Virus record (IMG/VR): IMGVR_UViG_3300037755_000473
Coordinates: 1,788-65,787 of that record
Reading direction: 5' to 3' (one strand)
DNA from: a virus
Lineage: Duplodnaviria > Caudoviricetes
DNA: 64,000 nucleotides
In this document: positions 25,577-35,500 of the stretch, in pieces
Position numbering within the stretch: the stretch's first letter is position 1
Layout: every line of letters begins with the position of its first letter
Position numbers and translations under genes: made by a program
Notes under the pieces: model-generated
Seen by the model: the letters and a program-made list of their open reading frames with translations, nothing else
Told to the model about the DNA's origin: nothing
Databases searched by the model: none

Positions 25577-27951
25577 TGACCGACTCCAGCATCAAACCGA
25601 TTCGTACGTATCCTTCCCTGCCGGAACCGGGGAACGATCTTGCGTCGCACTCGAACATACTGCGTCAGGTCAAAGAGGGCATCCAGGTTCACGAACGACG
25701 CACGTCTAACTGGCGTGACAGCTTCGTGCGTCTTGGCGAGCTTGTCGACCTTGAAATTCTAAAGGTTGAAGGTGATCTGATTACGCTCGGCGACGCGGTT
25801 GGTTCGGGTCTTGAGCCTGGACCTGACGGCTATATCCTTGCGACCATCGCCGGCGAAATTGTGTGGGTGCCATTCGAAGGGTTGCCCGTCCCGAGCTTCG
25901 ATTACACGATGTTCAGTCCGGACGAAATTATCGAGGATGCAGAAACCGTCATCACGATTACCGGCACTGGGTTCACTGAGTTCAGCACTGCAACATTCGA
26001 TGGGGTAGAGGTACCGGTTAACTTCATCGACGAGAACGAAATTCAGATTACGGTTACTGCCCCCGATCAAGGCACGTTTGTGATTGAGGTTACGAATCCC
26101 GCCCCTGGCGGTGGATCGGATTCGGATTCAATCGACGTAGTGGGCAACCCCGTCCCGGTGCTCATTACGCTTGCCCCTGATTCGATTGTTGAAGGCGAGG
26201 CTACGTTTACCGTTACGATCACGGGGACTGGGTTTATTCCGACTTCTCAAGCGCGATGGGACGGCGCAGATCGCGATACTACTTACAACAGCCCGACTGA
26301 AATCGAAGTTGAGATTCTCGACTCCGACATCGCTACAGAGGGGACGTTCGATATCGATGTAATTAACCCCGCTCCCGGTGGCGGCGCGTCGAACGCGTTG
26401 GAGTTCGAAGTTGAAACAAGTGCTTCTTTGTGGACGCCGGATGAGATCGTAACGCAGTTGTGGTTCGATGCAGCCGATGCTGCGACTAAGACCATTACTT
26501 CTGGCCGCGTTTCGCAGTGGGATGACAAGAGCAGCTTCGCGCGTCACGTGTCGCAGAGCAATGCGACTAACCGCCCCGTAGACAACACTGTCACGTTGAA
26601 CAGTTTGCCCGTGATGAGCTTCGACAGTAGCGATCACCTAAATCGCACGAAGGCTGCCGGCTTAGCTGGTCTTGTACAAAACACAGGGCAGGTTTCTGTA
26701 TTCGCAGTGCGACGGTTTAATAACCTCGCCAACGGCACTTGTGTGGTGCTGACCGTTGGCACAGGTGACGCTTCAAGTGGAAGAATTTCGCAGTACTCAG
26801 TGACGAGCGTGGACGACCATGAGCGTTATGGTGGCATCCGTGTTGATGGTGGGGGGTTCGTCAACGAAACAGCGGGTTTGCTATCTGTGTCTACGTGGCA
26901 AGTGACAGCTGGCCTTTATAACGCCAAGGCGGCACTGCTTACTGCGCACCGGAACGGCTCTGTTGCTATCGCAGGATTTACATGGGGAACGGCGGGGCTC
27001 TTTTCAAACACTGAGCCGGACGGACCAGGAGATATAGGGCTTGCAGTTGGTGCATGGACGGACCCGTCTTCGGGTACGTTCGAGGGCGACATCGCGGAGC
27101 TAATTGTCACACACTACGCTGATACAGCCACACGCCAGCGTATCGAAGGATACCTTGCTTGGAAGTGGGGCTTGCAGGGCTCCCTCCCTGGCGGGCATCC
27201 GTATGAATCTGCTGCGCCCGTTGTTGTTGCGGGGGCTGATCCTTCGTTCGATAGCGTCAAGCTGTTGATGCACTGCGAAGGAACGAACGGTACAGAGGGG
27301 TACATCGATTCTGGGCATCGTGCTTACACGCTTGATTCTCAGGGTACGGCGACCCTGCATGAAACTGCGCAATTCAAGTTCGGTGCGAGCTCTATCCGAA
27401 TGCCTGATTCGTTTGGTTCGAACGACGGCATTCGTGTTTTGAACAGCAACGTCGGCATGGGGCTCACGAATCAGGATTTCACTATCGAGTTTTTTGTCAG
27501 GTTCAATAGCCTTGCAAACGCGCAGCAGTGCTTCATGTCGCAGTATTCCATCACTGACGGCAGTCGCGCGTGGTGGTTCCGTCGAAACACGGGCGACGTA
27601 CTGAACTTCGCGTACTCCAATACCGGCTTTGATGCAGCGTCTGTTGGTGTGAGTGAGGCTTGGACTCCTTCGACCGGCGTGTGGTACCACGTAGCTGTCT
27701 GTCGAGACGGGGCGAATTTGCGGATGTTTGTCGACGGTACGCAACTTGGGTCGACGCACAATATCAGTACGACGACTATCCATGACAGCGATGAGACGTG
27801 GCGTATCGGCGCGTTCTTTGCTGGTGGCAATGCTGGTATCGGTACAGCGCAGAACGTTCAAGGGTGGATGGACGAGATTCGAGTGACCATCGGCGCAGCA
27901 CGTTACACGTCGAACTTCACCCCACCTGCGGCAGCATTCCCTGATTTCTGA
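25576..27951 (+). CDS. Tail fibre/adhesin with two IPT/TIG repeats and two LamG-like domains
   Basis: Twice TITGTGF...NPAPGGG; RQRIEGYLAWKWG; YHVAVCRDG...MDEIRVT. Confidence 0.75.
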   Translation: MTDSSIKPIRTYPSLPEPGNDLASHSNILRQVKEGIQVHERRTSNWRDSFVRLGELVDLEILKVEGDLITLGDAVGSGLEPGPDGYILATIAGEIVWVPFEGLPVPSFDYTMFSPDEIIEDAETVITITGTGFTEFSTATFDGVEVPVNFIDENEIQITVTAPDQGTFVIEVTNPAPGGGSDSDSIDVVGNPVPVLITLAPDSIVEGEATFTVTITGTGFIPTSQARWDGADRDTTYNSPTEIEVEILDSDIATEGTFDIDVINPAPGGGASNALEFEVETSASLWTPDEIVTQLWFDAADAATKTITSGRVSQWDDKSSFARHVSQSNATNRPVDNTVTLNSLPVMSFDSSDHLNRTKAAGLAGLVQNTGQVSVFAVRRFNNLANGTCVVLTVGTGDASSGRISQYSVTSVDDHERYGGIRVDGGGFVNETAGLLSVSTWQVTAGLYNAKAALLTAHRNGSVAIAGFTWGTAGLFSNTEPDGPGDIGLAVGAWTDPSSGTFEGDIAELIVTHYADTATRQRIEGYLAWKWGLQGSLPGGHPYESAAPVVVAGADPSFDSVKLLMHCEGTNGTEGYIDSGHRAYTLDSQGTATLHETAQFKFGASSIRMPDSFGSNDGIRVLNSNVGMGLTNQDFTIEFFVRFNSLANAQQCFMSQYSITDGSRAWWFRRNTGDVLNFAYSNTGFDAASVGVSEAWTPSTGVWYHVAVCRDGANLRMFVDGTQLGSTHNISTTTIHDSDETWRIGAFFAGGNAGIGTAQNVQGWMDEIRVTIGAARYTSNFTPPAAAFPDF

Positions 27952-27960
27952 GGACATATA

Positions 27961-28358
27961 ATGGACACTGAAAAATTCAAAGCCGAAGTTCGTAGCGACG
28001 AAGGATGGGACGCGTTTTCGACACCATCGGCTATGGGTTTTTGATCGACCGTAAGAAGGGCGGCGGCCTGCCAAAACCTGTTGCAGAATTCTGGTTGGAC
28101 TATCTCGTCAACGAGCGTGTCGACCACATGCGCAAGCGTTGGCCGCCGTTCGACAAGCAGCACCCGATTGTCCAGAACGCGTTGCTGAACATGTCGTATC
28201 AGATGGGCGTGGGCGGCGTGTTGAACTTCAAGAAGATGATTTTGGCGCTCGAACGAGGGGATCGGGCTGAGGCGAAGGTCCAAGCCCTTGATTCCGAATG
28301 GGCTCGCCAAACACCCCAGCGCGCTCAACGAGTTGCAGCGGCCATCGGCGGGGGTTAG
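27961..28358 (+). pseudogene. T4-type (GH24-like) endolysin disrupted by a deletion and frameshift
   Basis: Frame from 27961 gives MDTEKFKAEVRSDEGW then stops at 28044; another frame gives TIGYG...LLNMSYQMG...DSEWARQTPQRA; E-to-T distance is 23 nt versus 45 nt in T4 lysozyme. Confidence 0.8.
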
Positions 28359-28359
28359 C

Positions 28360-28773
28360 ATGGAACCCGTTACAGCAGCTGTTCTGAAGTGGGCGGGCAA
28401 GAAAATTGCCGGTTGGTGGGTGAAGACGCGACCGCTATCGAAGGAAGCACGCGAAACCCGCCAGTTCAAACGCGATCAGAACAAGACGCTCAAGAAGCAA
28501 GGTCTTTCACGCAAGGAGAGGAAAATGAAGCTGCTCGAAATTCTTGCACAGTTCAGCGCCAATCGTCGCACGTCGACCAAGGCCGGTGTTGTCGGCCTTG
28601 TGCCGTTCGTGGCGATGCTGCCGTTCTACGATACCGTCAACGATTACATCGTTCGCGCGTGTCAGTCCGAGGAAGGTCCGACGTTGTTCTTGGTCGGCGG
28701 TGCGGTCGTATGGGCAACGATGCTCGTCACCGCGCGTTTGAGCAAGACGCCGGCGACTCCCGGCGCTCTGTAA
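28360..28773 (+). CDS. Holin-like membrane protein with basic N-terminal extension
   Basis: Two hydrophobic segments; follows the endolysin. Confidence 0.55.
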   Translation: MEPVTAAVLKWAGKKIAGWWVKTRPLSKEARETRQFKRDQNKTLKKQGLSRKERKMKLLEILAQFSANRRTSTKAGVVGLVPFVAMLPFYDTVNDYIVRACQSEEGPTLFLVGGAVVWATMLVTARLSKTPATPGAL

Positions 28774-29135
28774 TGGCGGGAGAAAAAAGAACTGTAGGTA
28801 TCTCGGTCATCGCGTCACTCGTCGCGATGGCCGCGGTCCTACTCCCTTCCGCTTGGTTTCTGGTGAAGCCGGCCCTCGCACAATCCGTAGCCGAGGAGCT
28901 TACGGGTGTCGTCGAGCAGACTGTGCAGAAGAAGCTCGCCCCGATGAACGCGGGGTTCAAGGCTCTGCTGCAACAGAACATCGACCGGCTTCGGCGCGAG
29001 ATTGCGATTCTTGAAAACAAGGCTCACGCGGGGCCGTTACCAGAACAAGATGCCCGCGACCTGATCGACAAACGCATCGAGCTCGACGGACAGATCGCCG
29101 CGATCACTAGCATTAGGCAGGCCGAACTACCGTGA
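28773..29135 (+). CDS. TM-anchored coiled-coil lysis-cassette protein
   Basis: N-terminal TM followed by a coiled coil. Confidence 0.5.
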   Translation: MAGEKRTVGISVIASLVAMAAVLLPSAWFLVKPALAQSVAEELTGVVEQTVQKKLAPMNAGFKALLQQNIDRLRREIAILENKAHAGPLPEQDARDLIDKRIELDGQIAAITSIRQAELP

Positions 29136-29686
29136 CCCCCGTTTACTACGCCTTCCCAGCCGAGAGCCATCTGATGAAGGGTGGCGATTTCGTTTTGGGG
29201 CTTGAGAAGATCGCGAACATGCGGGACGAGATTCGCGTGCTGCACGAGCAGCACTATCAGGAGACCGAGACCCTGTACATGCAGGAGCCGTTCGATCCAG
29301 ACTATCCGCGGTACATCGCGGGCGAGAAGAACGGTACGTTCGTAGCGTTCACCTGCCGCAATGCGGGCGGCGAGATGGTGGGCTACTTGCAGTATTACGT
29401 GTACCGCAGCATGCACTCGCAGAGTATGTTGCAAGCGCGTGAAGACGCGCTGTTCTTGACTAAGAAAGTTCGCGGCGTCGGCATTGCGCCGAAGCTGCTG
29501 AAGTACGCCGAACACTGCCTGGCGCAACTCGGTTGCACACACGTGGGTATGAGTAGCAAAGCACCGTGCGGTGGTCCTGACCTCGACGCCTTTCTGCGTC
29601 GGATGGACTACACCCCGGTTGCGATGTACTACGTGAAGAAACTTGGAGTTGCCGATGCGAAAGCCGATCCAGCAAAGGCTGCTTGA
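29132..29686 (+). CDS. GNAT-family acetyltransferase
   Basis: LFLTKKVRGVGIAPKLLKYAE acetyl-CoA-binding motif A; usual position before ejection proteins in podoviruses. Confidence 0.8.
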   Translation: MTPVYYAFPAESHLMKGGDFVLGLEKIANMRDEIRVLHEQHYQETETLYMQEPFDPDYPRYIAGEKNGTFVAFTCRNAGGEMVGYLQYYVYRSMHSQSMLQAREDALFLTKKVRGVGIAPKLLKYAEHCLAQLGCTHVGMSSKAPCGGPDLDAFLRRMDYTPVAMYYVKKLGVADAKADPAKAA

Positions 29687-30743
29687 ACGCCTAGAAGCCG
29701 GCAGGCTGATGTCCTGCTGCGACGACCCACCCGATCCGCCGGATTTGTCCGGGGCCATCGAGTCGTCCGAAGAAATCGCCCGGATGAGTCAGCAGACTGC
29801 GCAGGAGCAGCTTACGTGGGCGCGCGAACAAGACACGATGAATCGCGAGACGCTGAACCGCGTTCTCGATATTCAGCTCCCTGCCATGCAGGCGTCGGCC
29901 GACGCCGCGATTCGTGATCGTCAGCGGTACGAGACTAAGTTTCAGCCGCTCGAAGACAATCTGATTGAAGAGTTCCAAAGCTACGACACACCCGAGAAGC
30001 AGATCGCGGAACGCGGCAAGGCGATTGCCGATGTCAACACTGCGTTCGATTCGCAACGTCGTAACGCGCTTCAGCGGCTGGAGAGCTATGGTGTCGATCC
30101 ATCACAGACGCGCAATGCAGCGCTCGATATCGGTGTTCGCACTCAACAGGCTGCTGCGCAAGCCGCCGCCGCTACGAACGCTGGTCGCAATGTCGAAGCC
30201 ACTGGCCGCGCACTGCGGGCCGACGCCATCAACATCGGGAAGGGGCTGCCCTCTCAAGTTGCCCAGTCGTACGGCACGGCGCTTCAGGCTGGCCAGGGCG
30301 CTGTTGGCGGTAGTGTTGCGACAACTGGCGCAGGAGCCGGTGCGGCTACGTCGTCTCAGGGATTTACGGGACAGGCGCTGCAAGGCTACAACCAGTCGGC
30401 CGGCATCCAAGGCCAACAGTTCGGCGCGCAGATGCAAAACTGGCAAGCGGGGCAAGATCAGAAGATGGGGTACATCAACGCCGCCGCGGGCATCGCTGGT
30501 ATGGCCATCGCAGACGGCGGCAAGATTCCCCCGAAGCAAGCAATCCCGTTCATGCGAGACGGCATGATTCCCGACATGGGTATGGGCGATGGCTCCGGCA
30601 TCGACGACACAGTTCCAGCGATGGTGTCCGAGGGTGAGTTCGTGATTCCGGCCGATGTCGTGAAGAAGAAGGGGCTGGAGTTCTTCGAGAAGCTGCTCGA
30701 GAAGTATCACACCCCCGCCGCCGAGCAACGTCAGGCGGCGTAG
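29643..30743 (+). CDS. Internal virion/DNA ejection protein (true start may be 29655 or 29709)
   Basis: PPDPPDL N-terminus, Gln/Ala-rich helices, terminal VPAMVSEGEFVIPADVV motif. Confidence 0.7.
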   Translation: MELPMRKPIQQRLLERLEAGRLMSCCDDPPDPPDLSGAIESSEEIARMSQQTAQEQLTWAREQDTMNRETLNRVLDIQLPAMQASADAAIRDRQRYETKFQPLEDNLIEEFQSYDTPEKQIAERGKAIADVNTAFDSQRRNALQRLESYGVDPSQTRNAALDIGVRTQQAAAQAAAATNAGRNVEATGRALRADAINIGKGLPSQVAQSYGTALQAGQGAVGGSVATTGAGAGAATSSQGFTGQALQGYNQSAGIQGQQFGAQMQNWQAGQDQKMGYINAAAGIAGMAIADGGKIPPKQAIPFMRDGMIPDMGMGDGSGIDDTVPAMVSEGEFVIPADVVKKKGLEFFEKLLEKYHTPAAEQRQAA

Positions 30744-30752
30744 GAGATTTCA

Positions 30753-32534
30753 ATGCCCGTCGAATTAGACATTGCAGGCAACTTCGCTAAGGGACAGCAA
30801 GCGATCATTGATCGTCGCCGTGCGAAGCAGCTCGAGCGCGCACGCGACTACGAGCTCGCCTCTGCCGATGATTCGCTGGTTGGTCGTCGCAGCGGTGTGA
30901 ATCGCGAGCGCACGGCCGCGGGGCTCGATCCGTATCTGTTCCCTGATGTCGCTACGAACGGCGATCCGATGTTCGAGCGCCTCGTCGGTTGGTGGAAACA
31001 AAAGCGTGCGAACCGCGTGCTGCCTTCCAACATGATGCCGGAACAAGTGCAGTCGGTTGGCGACGAGATGAATCAGCTCGGGTTCGGGGATGACCCCGGC
31101 CTTGCTGCGGAGCTCGGCTATCGCGATGGCGGCAAAGTGAAGCGCGCCATCCCTCATTACGCCGAGGGCGGCAGCGTTGCGTCCGAAGAGGAGATGATTC
31201 GCCGGCGCGCGGCAGCGAATCGTGCGAGGAATCCAGCTCGCGTGACAAACGCCACGGAGACGGCCATTCCCCGCACGCCGCCTCGCCCCGGCTTACTTGC
31301 TCGTGGAGCAGGTGCTGTGCGAGGCGCTGTCAACACAGTCGGCAAGAAGATCGCCCCCATCGCGCTCGGCGCAACTGCGTACGAAACCGCCACCACGCCT
31401 ACGGAAGACTACCGGACGCGGTTCGGTATGGAGACGAAGGACCCGTCGTTCCTCGGCGACGTTGGTGTTCGCGCGCTCGGTGCAGCCTCCGACCTTGGCA
31501 ACGTGCTCACGGCTGGTTGGGCTGGTCAGCACTATCGTGACAAGCAGCAAGCGATTCCCACGGACGGCGGTGCGGAGCCGGCGCAGCCGGAAGCTCCGGC
31601 TGAGATTCCGAAGACGCCCGACGAAGCGATTGCCCAGCAAGCGATTGCCGAAGGCACGCAGATGGCGCAGGAAGCACAGCAAGCGAACGCGCCTCCCGGT
31701 GCAATCGATTTCTCGCAAGTCGACTTCGAGGCTGGCGACATCCCCAACATGCCTGTTCGAGATTGGGTGCAGTACCGAGCAGGTGCTGTGAGTGATCTCA
31801 TGATGCAGGGCATGAAGCCCGCCGAAGCGCACGCCGAAGTCACGCGTATGCAGCAGCAAGGATTCGTCGATTACGCTCAGCAGGCGCTGATGCACTTGCA
31901 GGGCGGCAATCCGAACGCTGCTGCGACGGCGCTGCGTGCTGCGTACCAGTACTTCCCGAACGGCACTGACGTGCAGCTCGGCGTGCAGCAAGGTAAGGAC
32001 GGTCAACCCGTGATCGTCGGCCAAGGTCGCGACGAAGAGACCGGTGAGCCGAAGGGCCAACCGATGATTATCAACGGCGAGCGTCTCGCGGTGATGATCG
32101 AGAATTTTTCCAACCCTGACGCGTTCCGCACGTGGACGAAGGACTGGCGTGATGAGCAGTTCAACCGACAGAAGTACGAGGAAGTCGAGAAGCCCGAAGC
32201 CGAATCGAACGCCCGCTACCGGGATCGAGCGGGTCGCGCGGCACTCGTTAATGCTGAGGCCGACCGAATCCGGGCCGGAGCTTCAGGCGCTGGCGGTCGG
32301 CGTCAGGTCGATCTTGATCGAGCAAACGCTGCGTTCACAGACGCAGTAGAGCTGATGGGGTACACCGACGAAGCCGGTGCCGATCAGATCATGAGCCTCA
32401 TGTCGCAAATCTACGCGCGCTCCTCGTGGCAGTATCCGGAGGTGATCGACTTCGTTCGCAAGGCGAAGCGTGAAGGTCGCCTCCCCGAAGTCATGGAAGC
32501 CTTGGGGTTGGGAACGCCAGCACTAGAGGAATGA
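30753..32534 (+). CDS. Internal virion protein
   Basis: Ala/Gln-rich; repeats the DGGKV/YAEGG motif; lies between ejection genes. Confidence 0.65.
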   Translation: MPVELDIAGNFAKGQQAIIDRRRAKQLERARDYELASADDSLVGRRSGVNRERTAAGLDPYLFPDVATNGDPMFERLVGWWKQKRANRVLPSNMMPEQVQSVGDEMNQLGFGDDPGLAAELGYRDGGKVKRAIPHYAEGGSVASEEEMIRRRAAANRARNPARVTNATETAIPRTPPRPGLLARGAGAVRGAVNTVGKKIAPIALGATAYETATTPTEDYRTRFGMETKDPSFLGDVGVRALGAASDLGNVLTAGWAGQHYRDKQQAIPTDGGAEPAQPEAPAEIPKTPDEAIAQQAIAEGTQMAQEAQQANAPPGAIDFSQVDFEAGDIPNMPVRDWVQYRAGAVSDLMMQGMKPAEAHAEVTRMQQQGFVDYAQQALMHLQGGNPNAAATALRAAYQYFPNGTDVQLGVQQGKDGQPVIVGQGRDEETGEPKGQPMIINGERLAVMIENFSNPDAFRTWTKDWRDEQFNRQKYEEVEKPEAESNARYRDRAGRAALVNAEADRIRAGASGAGGRRQVDLDRANAAFTDAVELMGYTDEAGADQIMSLMSQIYARSSWQYPEVIDFVRKAKREGRLPEVMEALGLGTPALEE

Positions 32535-32535
32535 G

Positions 32536-35500
32536 ATGGCTCGCTCGTTTGAAGAACAATACGAGGAGCTGTTCGGCAAGAAGCTCACGTATGACCCTAT
32601 CGACATTAACGCGGACGACGACGTTCCGAGCCCTCGTCTCGATCTCACGGATGACATCGACCCGACCAGCAGCGATCCCGTAGACCCGTTCCAGTCGACG
32701 CTCGACAATCTCCGCAACGATCTCTATCGCAAGCCGCCTGCTGCTCCGCCCGAGGATAACGCCTTCGGTGAGGACACACTGCGCGCACTATGGGCCGGCA
32801 CTGCACAAACGGGCGCGATGGCTGCCGGTGGACTTGAGTACGGAGCTCGCCAAGCGCGTCGGAAAGTTGATGGTGTCGGCGGTGAAGTGCTCGACGACAT
32901 TACGGCGGGTCTCGCTGATCTTCGTCAGCAGATGTCGGGTAAAGCGCAAGACTGGCTCGAAGGTATGTCGCCCGAGTCCGTCGACCGTATGCAGCGGCAC
33001 ATTCTGTCGCTCGATCCGAATCAGTCGGTGTGGCGCGGCGGTCCAGGCGAAGTGCTCGACTCGCTTTCGTTGAAAGTCACGCAAGCGCTCCCCGCGACCG
33101 TGCTCACCCTCCTGCCGGCAGCGCGGTGGTTCCGTGGCGGCATGACTCCTGCGGCTGTCACCTACATCGGTGCGTCCGAAGGTGGTCTCTCGCTCGGTGG
33201 AATTGCAAACGGCATCGCCGAAGAAATCGAGCAGATGACTCCGGAGCAACTGACTCAGGAGTCCGAGCGTTACCGACAGCTGATGCAAGAGACCGGCGAC
33301 CAAGAGGTTGCGCGACAGCAGCTGATTGCAGAAGCGCAGGGCAACGCGCCGTTGATCGGCGGCCTGGTTATCGGCGCGATCTCGAGCACGGCGGGCCGCT
33401 ATTTGGAACCGGTGTTCCAAAAAGGCGCTGGGCTTGCGTCGCGCACCGGGACGGGTGCGGGGCTCGAGGCGATCCAAGAGGCTCCCCAATCCGGTGTGGA
33501 GCAGTACGTCCAGAACGTCGCGGCTCAGATGTTCGACGCAGACCGCAGCGAGTTCGAAGGCGTCGCCGAAGCGGCAGCCGAGGGCGCGGTCGTCGGCGGC
33601 ATCACAGGCGGCGGTTTCTCCGCGGCGTTCGGCGGTGGTCGTCCAGACGCCCCGCCTGTAAGTCCTACTTCGGAGGACACTGGTGTCCCCCCTAGCGGCC
33701 CCGAGAGCTTCGAGCGCGTGTTCGGCCGCGGGCGGGAAGAGGAGACGTTCGAGCAGGCGTTCGGCGTTGAGAGGGTGGATGCCACCGGCATCACGGCCGA
33801 GATGCGTGCTGCCTTCGAAGAGGGTGGCCAGCAGCGCCTGTATCTGCCCGAGCAAGGCGAGATGGAAGCGATGGGCCGGCAGCAGGGCATGCCGGGGCTC
33901 GAGCAGCCGCCCATTACGCGCGGCCACGTCCCGCGCACGAACAACGTCCCGGCGCTGACCGCGGGGCAGCAGCAGTTACCGCTTCGCCAGCGGGTTCGCG
34001 GCGGGTTTGCACCGATCCAACCCGAGGGTCCATCGCCGGTCGACTATTCGCCCGACATGAGCTCGCCCGCTGGCGTACCGCGAGACCCCCGCCAGGGCGA
34101 CATGTTCGCTCCTACGACGGGGATGCCCGACAGCCCGAGCGCCGAGCCGCTTCAGGACATCCTCGCCCAGCTCGATGAAATGGACCGTCCCGAGGCCACG
34201 GAGCGCGAGGCGGTCTATCTATCGGCCGACAACCTCGCGTCGCTAGAGAGCGCAGGAGAGCTCCCTGCCATTCTCGAGCGCGGAGTGCCCCTAGCGAACT
34301 TCGACGGTAAGGGCGGGCTCCTGATCGCCCGTGACCGCGCTGTAGCGGATTCCCTCGTCGAGCTGCGCAATCAGGGCGGCGACATGCAGGAGCTGTTGGG
34401 TACGGCGACGGGGGCGGGTGTCGGCAAGCCGATGGCCGGTCAGATCGCTGTGCAGCGTCGGCAGAACGGCGCGGTCGTGCAAGAGAGCCTGGTCGCCAAC
34501 GACGCCGAAGCTGATGCCTTGGTGAGCGAGTGGGGAACCAAGTTCCCGAACGACGACGTGGAGGTGCTCACGGCTCAGGCCGCCATCGGCCGCCGCGGTC
34601 GCCTTTTGCAGCAGGAGCAGGGAAAGCGTGTCACAAAGGCACGTGACGCAGCGCGTCAGCGTGACATCGAACAAACTTCCCAGCAGGTGCGGCAAGCCAC
34701 GGCCATTACGCCCGATGAGGGTCCGTCGGCGTTGCTGTCCTCCAGGGGCACCGCCCGCCGTGTTGCAGCAGGTGCTACGAGCCCTACGAAGGCCGCGGCT
34801 CGGATGTTGGGGCAAGCCACCCGCGAGTCGGTGAAGCCCGAGCGCCGGCGAATCGGCGGATTCTATCCGCCAGAAGCCTTGGACTTCGCTGATCCGCGCG
34901 AGGCGACGCGTTATGAGAAACGCTTCAGTGAACTGGCCGACCGCGAGATCGAGCTCGAGCTCGCTGGTCGTGAGCTCGATAAGATCACGTCCCGCAAGTT
35001 CAGCGAGCGTGCGCGAGAAGGCCGCGCCGAACGCAAGGAGCGGTTCAAGCAGTTCAAGGAGAAGAACGCCGCCGACGTGACGCCCTTGCTCAAGCAGCGC
35101 GAGGAAGCGCAAGCACGTCGTGCGAAGGTGCTCGATGAGCTTGCGGAAGTGCGTACGCGTGCAAAGCCAATTCGTCGCGCGGTTCACCTCGTCGCTGCCG
35201 CTCGTCGGCTTGCTCCCGAAGCCGTCAAGAAAGTGCAGAGCGAGTCGGACCGCAAAGCCGTGCGCGAGTCCGAGGACGATATCTCGAAGCCCGAGATCGA
35301 AGTCGATACGGCCGAGTTCGGCAAGCTGACCGACGCACAGATCGACGACTTGAAGGGCGACAAGCTCCGCGAGACGTTCGACAAAGCTGCGTCGTGGCTC
35401 AGCGGTCGCGTGCCGGAAGGTGTCGAGATCACGATGGGCTTCACGCCGGCCACTGAAGGCAACCAAATGGCGTTCGCGCAGAAAGAAGCGGGCAAGCGCG

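Noticed and set aside
21104-27951. Diversity-generating retroelement acting on tail fibres
   Set aside because: No reverse transcriptase, and no near-identical template/variable repeat pair differing at adenines; the fibre similarities are at protein level only.
27961-28044. Programmed -1 frameshift restoring the endolysin
   Set aside because: There is no canonical heptamer slippery site, and a shift would still leave about 7 residues missing between the catalytic Glu and Thr.
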